A stretch of 49,722 bases of DNA, the filler included, from Catajapyx aquilonaris (lineage: Eukaryota): the NCBI GenBank assembly GCA_000934665.2. It is 2 parts of 2 records of this genome, joined end to end, with 100 filler letters (N's around TTAATTAATTAA, not from the genome) between each part and the next. Parts side by side here need not be neighbours in the genome. Positions count along the whole stretch, not along the records: positions 1 to 29,284 come from KZ539511.1; positions 29,385 to 49,722 come from JYFJ02006289.1. The stretch is one strand, 5' to 3'. The position numbers and the translations under genes were made by a program. Below the pieces are notes generated by a model. That model was not told where the DNA came from. It searched no databases and worked only from the letters and a program-made list of their open reading frames with translations. Of this stretch, positions 26,828-38,562 are shown piece after piece; the stretch's first letter is position 1, and every line of letters begins with the position of its first letter.

Positions 26828-28869
26828 ACTTCGTAGGATGTTATTGCTTCATTACGAGGAGACCTATATGAACATGTTCATAACACATAATATTGAACAT
26901 AATTTCATGTAGGGTGACGCCATGTCCAAATCTCCAAAAGAAGGGCATAGATGCTCTGTATAGGCTGTGTACAATACACACTATATTATACTAATAAATA
27001 CGCCTTTTTTACTTCAGCATAACCGAATCTACGATTTCAAACGTCCTATTTAATGTCTCTGTCTCTCTAAAGTGAGTGATGACCAATAGTTTCACAACTA
27101 TCTGTTCTCTTCCTCAGATGCAGGACAGAGCTCCTGTTCACATAAACCCCCTGGAGGAGGAGGAGCAAGAAATGCAGAGAGGAACGCTCGAAGGAATATT
27201 CAAGAATATTGAAGCACCGTCATCACCGTCATACCTAGCAGAAGCTACATCTCAATTGTCAACTGTGCGATTAAACAGATTAACTTTTTTCATGTAATGC
27301 GTGTTGTGCCCGTATCTGTGGATCGGAAAAAACAAAAACCAGCTTGCTAATAAAGAACCTTAATTCAGTATCCCTCCATCAATTCTTCCTCGTTGAGATT
27401 CCAGGTCAATTACGAGTAATTTTGGTGTGCCAGGTCTTCGGGTGCCAGGTCTTCAGGGAGGCAAGTACAGTATATTAGTATTAAGGAAATTTAGAATAGA
27501 AAAGGCTTCAATTTTATAGCATGTCATTGCATCTAAACATTAAAATCCGTTACTCAAGTATTCGTTCGAGTTAAACATTGGCCTGTATTACAGTACTAGC
27601 TAATTACCCGCATATGCAGTAGATATTTGTCATGTGTTGCATTGGTCTAGTGGCTAATATGGAGCTAATAATGGCAAAAAAATTGAATCTAGATAATGTG
27701 CGTCATACCTGATTTTCAGACAACCCAGTTCACAACTGCATCAGATACTATCAATCTCGTTGGACCATTCGCAATGCTTAATTGTAACCAGGAACCTCCC
27801 ATTAAATGTGCATAATAAATGTTTCAAACAGTCGGCATTATTCAGTTATTATGTTTTCTTTTAACTGATCCACGTTCATATTTTTAGATAATTTTTTGAC
27901 AATTTTTAATCCTTCATTTTGTACTCGTCAAGACTACATGATTGTAGGTGAGCGCTTCCTGCACATATACTCGAGCAGAGTTAGTTATCTTTCCTTCATA
28001 TTAATTTCTTCATATCAATTTATTATTGGCTCTCGCAGCGATCCACAAGTATTTTTTCAATAGAGCAGGATTTTATTTATGACAAGTTTTAAGCGCCCTA
28101 AAAACAATGTGTACGCATGGTATACACAGCAAATTGTGTACTGCATTGTACTAACTAATGTACATAATGCAGTACACAATGTGCATTTTTAAAAAAAATC
28201 GCAACGCTGTGTACCATGGATACACGTTGCTTTTGAGAGAGTACCCCTTGAAGTATCAGTTCGAGAGTAACATCCTGTGATGATGGGGGTGGCGTACTGC
28301 TGACAGAATAATTTGGGAACATGCGCAGTTTCTTATCATTATTTGTTTGTTTTTGACGAGTGTGAGAGTCGATGCTCTTCATGTGTGGGAATCTATTATT
28401 TTCTTCTAGTGGACATGTCCCTTTTAGGCCTTCTGTAGCAGGTATAGGGTGGCCATTTCCAAATCTTCAGAAAGAAAGACACAGCTGGTAGGTATATCGT
28501 ATATGTTTTATACAGTACAATACATTGTGTGACCCATTACCTCGGGTCACACCCTGACTAGCTCAGTAACGCAGGTTCAGTTGGAGAAAAGATATCAGAC
28601 TGTGAGACTGGGAGAAAAGGGTGGAACCATGGGGTGGAAGAAGTGGGGGGAAAACTGGAAAAGCCGCGAAAATAATGGTTTCTGATAACATACTGTATAA
28701 TGAATTTACCTTTTTTACTTGATATAACTGAAACACAATTTTTTTACTTATTAGCACACTAATAAGGCTAAAAATGTAACCTAAATCAAACATTTTATGG
28801 TGATTGTTGAATTTTGTGGCGCCCTTTCTTTACAATAAGTACATGCTGGAGAGAGTGTCAGTATCGAAG

Positions 28870-28945
28870 TAGCGCAGTGGTCTAGTGGTTAAGACTCTCT
28901 CTTCGTAACCTGAAGGTTGAAGGATCGAATCCTGAAAGGAAGCCG
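28870..28945 (+). repeat. Degenerate tRNA-like sequence / SINE head
   Basis: A box TGGTCTAGTGG (28878-28888) and B-box-like GGATCGAATCC (28922-28932) at tRNA spacing; stems poorly paired. Confidence 0.55.
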
Positions 28946-29069
28946 TCGTTTCTTTTTATCGCTATGGACCTTTCTCGCTGTTACTTCATCTCTCATTTCC
29001 CATTTATCTTTGAAGTGCATCTGGTAAATACAGTAGGCTAGACCCTTCCAACACTCACACTCTCGTTGC

Positions 29070-29145
29070 AGCATAGCGTGGCTGTGTGGTAACGCGTCAG
29101 ACTCTCAATCGGGAGATGTGGGTTCAAATCCCGTGTCTCCTTGGT
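29070..29145 (+). repeat. Degenerate tRNA-like sequence / SINE head
   Basis: A box TGGCTGTGTGG (29079-29089), B box GGTTCAAATCC (29121-29131), and an anticodon-like arm TCAGA-CTCTCAA-TCGGG similar to the head of the SINE at 26571-26801. Confidence 0.6.
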
Positions 29146-29284
29146 TGAGAGTCGGAAAAAAAAATTTGCAGCCGACATCTCTGGCCAAGATGGCGACTGT
29201 TCCTTCGCAGTTTCCCCAACACTTCTTCAGAGGTGTCGGAGGAGCAGCGAAGAGGGGGGGGGAGGGGGAAGAAGGAAGGAAGGG

Positions 29285-29384
29285 NNNNNNNNNNNNNNNN
29301 NNNNNNNNNNNNNNNNNNNNNNNNNNNNTTAATTAATTAANNNNNNNNNNNNNNNNNNNNNNNNNNNNNNNNNNNNNNNNNNNN
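29285..29384. other. Artificial contig spacer (44N-TTAATTAATTAA-44N)
   Basis: Exactly 100 bp and symmetric; the central 12-mer has stop codons in all six frames. Confidence 0.95.
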
Positions 29385-29569
29385 GCAAGTCCTTAAAATA
29401 CTCTCCCCATCGCCCTTTTGCCTCTCCTCCATCCCACAGCATGTCACCCATCTTATCCTTCACACCCACTACACTAACCCCACGGCCAGTTCTTAACCTC
29501 CTAACAGTCTTCCAAAAAGACTTCTCATCCTCCTTTACTTTTTTACTAATTTACTTTTTTTACTTTTTT

Positions 29570-30165
29570 TTACTAATATAATGATAATATAATGGTAATT
29601 ACTAATATAATATACCGGTAATGGTAATTACTAATATAATATACGGTAATGGTAATTACTAATATAATGATAATGGTAATTACTAATATAATGATAATGG
29701 TAATTACTAATAATATAATGGTAATTACTAATATAATGATAATATAACGGTAATTACTAATAAAATGATAATATAATGGTAATTACTAATATAATATACC
29801 GGTAATGGTAATTACTAATATAATATACCGGTAATGGTAATTACTAATATAATATACCGGTAATGGTAATTACTAATATAATGATAATGGTAATTACTAA
29901 TAATATAATGGTAATTACTAATATAATGATAATATAATGGTAATTACTAATATAATGATAATATAATGGTAATTACTAATATAATGATAATATAATGGTA
30001 ATTACTAATATAATGATAATATAATGGTAATTACTAATATAATATGATGGAAATTACTAAATAATATACTGGTAATAATAATAATAATACAATGGTAATT
30101 ACTAAATAATATAGGCCTACTGGTAATAATAATAATAATAATATAATGGTAATTACTAATATAAT
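29570..30165. repeat. AT-rich minisatellite
   Basis: Variable-length units (about 22-33 bp) with core AATGGTAATTACTAATATAAT. Confidence 0.9.
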
Positions 30166-30371
30166 AAAATAGGAGTTACTAATAGTACAGGAATTAATAT
30201 AACGAACAGGAAATAAATAACCGGAACTAATATAACAGGAAAAATATGAATTTAAAAATATATATATATTTCTCTAAAGGACGTATGTACTCAACTTTTT
30301 TTTTTTTTTTTGCGTATGTCTTGTGACAGGACTGACCAAGTTTTATTTCTGCAATAATTTTTTAATTACAG

Positions 30372-33300
30372 GATGAGCACCTGAAGGCGACGCTACATTC
30401 CTTCTTGAGCGGGGAGCATGCGGACAATCTCCTCCGGATAAAGTGCCTCCTTGCGTACATCATCGACTATCTGAAGTCGGAGAAGGCCACTGCGGAAGAG
30501 AAGCAGGTGAATTAAATTAAGTTTTTAAAATGTGCGGAAAACCAAACGGCGATCCGACGTCGTCGTCACGCAACAATACGAGTAAACAGTGTCGACAAAA
30601 GGGACGTTGTTTGAGGGTATTGTTGAATGAGAACAAAACGATGAAGTCAGATCGTAGTTTCGTTTTCCGCACTTTAGGGCGATTCCTGAATTTTTAATGC
30701 CTTTTTAAAACCTCGATATAATGGTCATTATATGCGGGAAAGTTTACCTTATTGAAATTAATAAAGGACTGGATAAAAAGGGCGTTATATCAAGGTTTTA
30801 CTGTATTAGCATTTCGATTAATGCGCCTGAAACCATTCCATTCATTAGCATTATGATTGTCTTATTCTTTTCCCAGCGTTTGATCGAGACTTATCCGAAG
30901 CTAGAAGAGCTTCTCGGAGGTGTGATTTTCTTGGTTCAAAGATGGATGGAACCTCTCACCAACCACAGCTACGTGCCTCAGGACCTGGTTGAAACTGTCT
31001 CGTTGCTGCACCAGTTGCTGCCGTTCCTCTCCAATGATCAGGTTGAATCATACACTTTATTTTGACCAGGTGTAATCCGTAACAATTAAGTATCGCTAAT
31101 TGTTATGCGGCTCGTACCTTTCAGTTGACGAAGAAAAAGGCGATTGTCGAAATATGTGAGTCGTGGGGTGTTAAGGAGCTTGAAGGCTACGAGGACGTCG
31201 TGGACAACACAATAATGCTTCGAATCCAATGGGCTGCGAAGGTATTCAACTCCATACTTTTTTTCTACAGCCAAAATTTTTGTTGCCATTCCTATATACA
31301 CTTACAGTGTGGATTATTAAATGCTCGTCCTCATCTTGTCATTATTAGGCTGAAGATATACGCCACCTGAACCAAGTGTCCAAACTGCTTCAGTTTTGCA
31401 CGGTTGACGAGAAAAGTCCCAACTCATTACGAGTCTTGCTAACGAGCAAGATAAGAAGCCGGCTCTACTTGCATTCGAAGCAAGGGAAGAAGTTTCTCGG
31501 AAAGTTATTTGCAATATCTCCCGAGTACACGCAGGTAAAATATATCCATTAAGTGTAACCATGCGCTAGTTCACGCAAATTTTTATTGCAGTACTTGCAC
31601 GTGAAAGTGAAGCTGATTCTGAGGCAGTGCAACTTCGGCGATGCTGAAATATATGGTGAGATATATTTCTGCGCTTGGACCAACGCTAATGGGCCTGCCA
31701 AGAAGGTGAGATGTACTTTTCAAGTATTCTTCAAGTATATACAAGTACATTTTACAAGTACATTACTTACAGCTTACATTTTACAAGGACATTACAGCTT
31801 ACATTTTACAAGTACATTACAGCTTACATTTTACAAGGACATTACAGCTTACATTTTACGAGTACATTACAGCTTACATTTTACTAGTACATTGCACATT
31901 ACATTTTACGAGTACATTACAGCTTACATTTTACGAGTACATTGCACATTACATTTTACGAGTACATTACAGCTTACATTTTACAAGTACATTACAGCTT
32001 AGATTTTAAGAGTACATTACAGCTTACATTTTACAAGTACATTACAGCTTACATTTTACGAGTACATTACAGCTTACATTTTAAGAATGCATTGCAGATT
32101 ACATTTTACATGTACATTACAGCTTACATTTTACAAGGACAGCTTACAGTTTACAAGGACATTACAGCTTACGTGTTACAAGGACATTACAGCTTACATT
32201 TTATGAGTACATTTCTTCAAGTATTTTTATCCGATATTGGATGTGCAAATTGTGTAATGAGATTTATTTGCAGGAAATTGAACATGCGATGCAAGACATT
32301 ATGCACAGACTGGTATTGTCTAAGAGAAGCGATAATGCCGAGACGATGATGCTTCCCGGACAAATCTACATGCGGTTTCTCTCCTTTTGGCACAAGAATT
32401 ATGGATATCCTGAAATGAAGAAGACTCTTGCGCGACTCTACACGCCCATCTTGTGGCGTAGGCTGAAGGTACTTGTTTTTAAAAAAGTCGTACGGAGACT
32501 TGAGCTCAACATTTGTAATTTTTCCAGGCTGTTAACCACAGCGTACGAGCGAACGCAGCCATAGTTCTAATGGACATTTTCCCATTGGAAGCATTCGACA
32601 TTCGATTCGATAACAAGGAGAGTTTGCTGCTGAAGCAATGCAACGCTTTCATATCGTTACTGTTGGATGATCATCAGGTCGTACGACTTGTTATTCTTCA
32701 GGTAAGTGGAAGGATTCAGGTCGTAACAATGCAGCAATGTACGACCTTCAGTGTCCGCTACCTTGTTAAAATGGAAGCTTTAAAGTTGCGTTTACATGCG
32801 CGCGATTAGTGAGCGATCAGACCAATTGTTTGGGGCGGAAATATACCGTTACTTTCGCTCAGCTGGTCACTAATCAAATCGTTCGCATGTAGCTTAAAGT
32901 AAATGTTTGCTTAGCGTACTGTAAAAATTGTTATTTTTTCCCGTAATTGATATCACCGAATGATTCAGGCGCAGCGATATGATTTGTTGACCTCTGATCA
33001 TTTTACAGGGAATTGCCGAGATAATCGGATCCTTCTGGAGGGTTTTCCCGGAAGATATGCTGCACAGTATGCTGGATATCATAACCGCAAAATTGGCTTA
33101 CGACGACAGTTGGTACAAGGTGCGAGTGGCGGCCATCAAATCTGTGCAGAAAATGATCGAGAAGTGCGGCTCTCTCTTTCCGACGAAATTTGTGTACAAT
33201 CTTCGGGTGAGTAGATCGATGGTGTGCTGCGTATGATGAATGTTAACCTTTTGCTATAATTTGACAGGAGGTTGTATCGGATGACCATGCGGCAGTCCAG

Positions 33301-36080
33301 GTGGCGCTCCTGAAGCTTCTGCAGACAATGAAGCGGACTGCGTACTCCCTGGAATACTGGAAGCTTGTTCCACTCTCGGAGCTTCTGGAGTTGCTTCTGT
33401 TGGACCGTGAGGCAGTGAGCAAAGGAGCCGTGACTCTTCTGCAGGAGACCTACCATCCTCTCGAGTGTCCGGATTCAAAACTGCTCCACCGCAGCCTGAA
33501 ACTCTCCCTCATGGGATCTCACTACACCCGCCGATTCTACCACCACTCAACCGCGGCTTTAAGCATCAGAAACACATCGTATTACATGCTCCTCGTATGC
33601 CACGCTCTGCAGCAAGGGATACAAGACTCGAGAGTCGAGGTGAGAAAATTAGGATCAACGTGAAAAACACTATGAAAACATATACATTTTCAGAACTTGA
33701 AGCAATTGCGGATTGCGGATAGCGACAGTGGGAGCGAAATGGATACCAGTAAGTTGCGGTTCGCTTTTGCGACTCGCTTAAATTTAACCGCGCGCTTCTT
33801 TTTCAAGCTCCGCCTGGCGAATCGAGCCAGGCGTCGTCATCAGGCGCGGAAGACAAGGAGATGTCGGTTAAGACACTTCTGTGCACTCCGAAGAGCCAGA
33901 TTGCCCTGCTTGAGAATGTGCTGATCTTATGGATCGTTAATGACAAGCGTCTGTCGGATCAGGGAGCCGCATGCCTTAGGCGCCTGGAAACTAGTTACGG
34001 AAAGGGATTCCCGCTCTTCTTTGCGCATTTCAAGGTATAGGACCACTACGAACAATTCACTACCGAAAAATTCACTACATACACTTTTTTTTCTGTGCAG
34101 GACACGGATGGGTTCGAGACGCTGATGCATCTTGCGACTCTGCTCCCCATCGGTAAAGTGGACATGATGTACCAGCACACTCTGACCAAGATGGAGTCAC
34201 TGGAGGACTCGTGCTCTAACCACATCCTATTTTGCCTCCTTCATTTCTTCATCGATTCCGACAAGAGCAAGGTTCTGCTTAAGAAGATACGGACTGCGAT
34301 CAAACATACTTTACGAAGCACGGAAGGGGTAAGGCGGATTAGCAAAATAATATTTCGCGTATTCATTTGATGTGTTGCGATTTTTAGGAACAGGCTGGCG
34401 ACTGCTCCTTTGCGACGAGAGACATGCGGCCGTTGGTAGCCCTCCGATGCGTTCGAGTCCTTCTCTCGCAGGAATATCTGAGGTCCAACATATTGCAGAA
34501 CTTTCCGACGTCGCTGTTCCAAGTTCACGAGTCGCTATCTGCAATCACGGTAAATGTCATGCGCCTGAATTTAGTGGAGGATTTAGTGTTTAAATTGTTG
34601 ATCGGTTTTACAGGCGACGCTGGAAAAACGGATGGATCAAGGGAAGCCATTTGACGGGCCGTGCTGCGATCAGTTTTTGGAGGAAGGTCTGCAGCTGTTG
34701 CCGGAGCTGACGCTTCACTTGCGGACAGTTCCGCCGCAGACGACGCTGAAGCTTAACTCGCTCGAGTTCCTCTGCTTCGTTGTCAATTGGGCTTACGAGT
34801 AAGACCTGCCGATTTTGGTTGCAGCCATTGTAATACCGCGATTGCAATTTTCACAGCACGTTGTTGCCGAACGTTTCGGACAAGTCCGTGTCCAGCATGG
34901 AACTCGAGTTGAAGTTGAAAGAAAGGAAGACTCTCGGCGACTGGCCTGCTCAGATCCTTCAGAACATGGTGGAGGTGATCAGCAACGGGCTTATTCTCTG
35001 CTCGTCCGCGGTGCTGGTTAATTCCTTACTCGGACTCATGCATCGGCTGTTGGAAAAAGGTAAATAGCCGCATCAGCTGCGCAATGTTCGGAACTAACGC
35101 TCGTTTCAACAGGAGGAGTAAACACGTGCGTGAGAGTGTCGAAGGCGCTGTTTCTCGTGGCCTCGAGAAAGGTTTTAGATAAGGAAGTATGGCAGGATAA
35201 TGAGAAGTTTTATGCCGTGATGTCCACCGCGGCTAAAGTTTTGGTCATAGCGGAAAGGCGGGATCCGGAGGACAAGGTTCGTTTCTACCATGTTTTTTTG
35301 ATTGTGTGTTTCGACTACGATTTAATCCGGTTTGCAGACTGCGACTAAGGTGAAGCCGACGTGGCAGAAGATTTTGAATTTGCTGGCGAAACATCCCGGC
35401 GAAGCTCGGAGAGGATGCAAGATTCTGATCACGAAACTGCTGAACGCCTCTGCCGCCATGATTAGACACATGATGGAGAAAGTACGTTTTGGTCATTCGT
35501 AATCCGCTTTGATGCGCTAATTTCTATCGTTTGCAGCCGGACATGGAGTGCGCATTAGGCGTCGTAACATCGCCTCCGACGTTCGTAGCAGTTGTTCTCA
35601 GCATAATGTTCCGTTCAAAGGAATTCAAGGTGCTGTTCCTTGAAGAAATGTGCGAAACTTTCAGAAATTTGAAGTTGGAAGATGATAAGGTACTGATTCG
35701 TGTCAGTCCAACGTACCATTTAATAACGTTTCAAACGTTTTGCAGGTTTTTCTTAAAGCCTTCTCGTACGTTGTGGTCATTTCGATCGTCGTGGTTCGAA
35801 GCAAGGAGGCAGAGAAAGGTCAGGTGTTGACCTGCGTCGATTACCTTAAAAACCGCATGAGGTCCTTTCTGATGCTGACGAACAATCCGACCGATGGCGA
35901 TTCCTCCGGGAACGACAGCACCCTTTCTTCACTGGAAAGGAATTCCAGGTAATCCGGAACGTTGCGAACGTCCAAAGCGTATTTTTTTTAAAACGCTCCG
36001 TTTCATTTTGCAGAAAAGCGAGGAAGATGTCGTGGGAGCTTCTAGTGAAGGCCGAGGAAAAGTTGCAGAACATCCAGTAG
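30372..36080 (+). CDS. NCAPG2: Condensin-2 complex subunit G2 (5' end incomplete)
   Basis: 20 frame-consistent GT-AG exons: 30372-30506, 30877-31041, 31125-31241, 31349-31534, 31592-31705, 32274-32468, 32528-32701, 33009-33206, 33268-33639, 33694-33748, 33808-34034, 34101-34328, 34388-34549, 34614-34798, 34857-35059, 35113-35276, 35338-35481, 35537-35689, 35746-35948, 36014-36080 (TAG); 1148 codons before the stop. Motifs YGEIYFCAW, LARLYTPILWRRLKAVNHSVRANAA..LMDIFP, KLAYD..VRV and RRFYHH match recalled CAP-G2 (YGEIYFRAW; LYRLYKPILWRGLKARNSEVRSNAA). No in-frame start exon identified. Confidence 0.9.
31746..32214. repeat. 25-bp intronic minisatellite
   Basis: About 18 copies of TTACATTTTAC(A/G)AG(T/G)ACATTACAGC inside the NCAPG2 intron 31706-32273. 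Confidence 0.95.
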
Positions 36081-36890
36081 ACATATTCTGCCATCGTGTA
36101 CATTTATAGCAGTATTTATTTAGTTTTACGTTTGTGCACATCGTTTATTTTATTCACAAATTACTGCATTTTATTTGGTTGTAATTTGTTTTTGAAGAAA
36201 AGGGAACGGTCGGCATGAGCATTTTTATTATTGACATGTGCAGTTGCTCGATTCGTTACGTACAAAATACCATTATTATTGTATCCACCAGTACAATTAC
36301 ATGCAACAAGGACCAACTGTTAACGAACAGGTTTTACTGCGAGTAACAGTCCAACCTTAATTATTATCGTGAGCATTACAAATGAGAAGACAATGTGACA
36401 GCCATTTGTTTTCGCAATATATCACTGTCGGACATGTGCGATTGTATGTATATAACCTAAATTTGAATACAATGTGTTTACCCCCGAGGCAATTTTTCTG
36501 TACAATAAGATTAAGCGAAGTGTTTCGAAAAAAGAGATAAGTTTCGCCACGTTACTTTAATTAGAGGCGACTCTGAACGGCACGGTAAGGCACTAATTGG
36601 CATATTAAGTGACGAAAAGCGTCGAATAATTTCTAATTTATTTCCGCAGATCTCTTCGCATTTTCCGCCTGTGGGTTCGGAGCTTCTCGGATTGCAAGCC
36701 GTTGACGAAACCACCGAAGGAATCGCAGGTTCCGTACTATTTGTTACTTGAATCGTACTGGTAGTGTACAAGTTATTTTCATCCGGTTATTCCCCAGGAC
36801 AATTGCACGCAATGGATTTGGTCTTCCTTGTTGAATAATTAGTGCGTTTATTTGCAGCCTTTTTTTATCTTTCAGTAGGCAGCTACGGAA

Positions 36891-38249
36891 ATGATCAACA
36901 GCACCACTTTCTGCGGCCTGGATGATCTCAGTAGTTCCGAGGCTTGTCAACTGTTGGATCCAACTCCGGATTGCTGCTTTCCTAATTTGTCCGATTATTT
37001 CGTCAACTTCGCTATAATCTACTGGGTGTTTCTGGCCATATTCGGAAGCACAGTACATTTGCTGACAATAGTCGTCATCATTTACGGAAGGAAGAAGTGT
37101 AAAGATCCGTTGAGGCAAGTAATTCCGTTCGTATACGTTGCGATTCGCTAATATATTTTTTTCCAGTCCGCTCCTTAGCGTCACGACGACCCTTCTGCTG
37201 AACTTGAACGTCGCAGATTTCCTCAGCTGCTCCACAATATTTCCGCTAAATGCCGTCACCTATTTTTATCGCGGATGGCCCTTCAGTCCCAAGCTTTGCC
37301 ATGCCGTCGCATTTCTACGAGACGTATTTTCCTATTCGTCCCGGACAAGTCTCGCCGCAATGGTACTTTGCAGGTTAGTTCCTATTTATCGCGGTATCAC
37401 CAATCAATTATTTAAATATTTAACTTGTATTTGCAGACTGTTGGGTCTCACTTATCGGAAAGCATGTCGGATAATCTTCGGAACATTACATGGCGCCCCA
37501 GTAATAATTGGGATTTGGCTCATCTCGTTTGGAGCGTTCGCAATAATCTTTTTGAGTGTAAGTCATATATGTTCGTTTATGTTAATGCCGATGCGAACAC
37601 CGTATTTTTTTGTGCAGGAGATTGGATCTTTCGCGTACAGTAAATCAGCAGGACAGTGCATGCCTCTTCCTTACGAGCGATTCGAATCTGGGATGATCAT
37701 TGGAGCCGTGTTTTTACTTCCGTGGTTGGTCCTAGTGTTTTCGCTTTTGGGAGTGGTCGTCAAACTTCATCTTAGCAAGAAAAATATATTCGCTATTCCG
37801 TAAGTTTAACGAATAATTGTCAAAATGAGATTCACCCACATTATCTTTCAGCGGATTGGCTTCGACGACTCGAGAGCAGCTGCGGTTAAAGGAGAGTCGC
37901 ATGACCACATTTTGCGCGCTTCTCGCAGCCTCGTCGACCGTAACCACAATTCCACTTGTCACGATGTATTTCTGCTGCTATGAACATTCCAAAAAGTCGG
38001 CGTATCCGTACATCCATCTCATAGCTCTATTGCGAATTTTGCTGGACTTTAACATCTACATCCTTAGGTGAGACATTATTCGCAACACTCAATGACATTA
38101 TATGATCGTACTCTACTTTTTTCAGGATCAGTTGCTACAGAGAATCGTACCTTATCTTCTTCAGAGACGTGAGAAGTCGGCTGCGGCATCTTATTAGCAG
38201 ACCCTTCGATAAAACTAATCGTGATAGTAATTACTGTGTAATAATGTAA
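36891..38249 (+). CDS. Divergent rhodopsin-class GPCR (moody/Tre1/GPR84-like), copy A, 357 aa
   Basis: Exons 36891-37114, 37167-37373, 37437-37557, 37618-37799, 37852-38067, 38126-38249. Seven hydrophobic segments, NLNVADFL (TM2), WPFSPKLC (ECL1/TM3), ECL2 Cys (GQC), FLLPW (TM5) and helix-8-like YRESY. Intron 1 is GC-AG. Subfamily assignment is tentative. Confidence 0.85.
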
Positions 38250-38562
38250 TTGTTGCACATTTCCTAGGGAAACTGTTGCGACACTCTGCATGATACAGTC
38301 GACAATACGACTTTCGCTGATGGAAAAACACCGATTCTGACGTGAACTAATGAAACCTTGTAACTCGCATTGTACTGACAACGTACAAGAAATAACGTTT
38401 AGTAACTTGTCGCATCATTGTCCTTGTCACTTATTTTTATTCGGTCATTAATATTAAGTTGTTTGTGTGGAATTGCATACAATACGAAAATGATTCGTCT
38501 TTACATGAATAATGCATGGTAAGTTGCAGCCTTATATTTCATGAGCAGTACGTACGATAATA

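Noticed and set aside
29570..30165. CRISPR-like reading of a constant core with variable spacers
   Set aside because: The spacers are themselves short AT-rich repeat variants, the context is eukaryotic, and there are no cas genes.
30316..30371. ATGTCTTGTGACAGG... as the NCAPG2 start exon
   Set aside because: It would need a 32-nt intron with a weak donor, shorter than all other introns here, and about 30 N-terminal residues still appear missing relative to recalled orthologues; left unresolved.
31586..32349. ORFs 31586-32002 and 31942-32349 as independent proteins
   Set aside because: Only 31592-31705 is NCAPG2 exon in that frame; the rest is 25-bp repeat read-through.
32780..32900. Possible Harbinger-like MITE in an NCAPG2 intron
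   Set aside because: Only a partial, gapped inverted repeat and no clear TSD; too weak to call.
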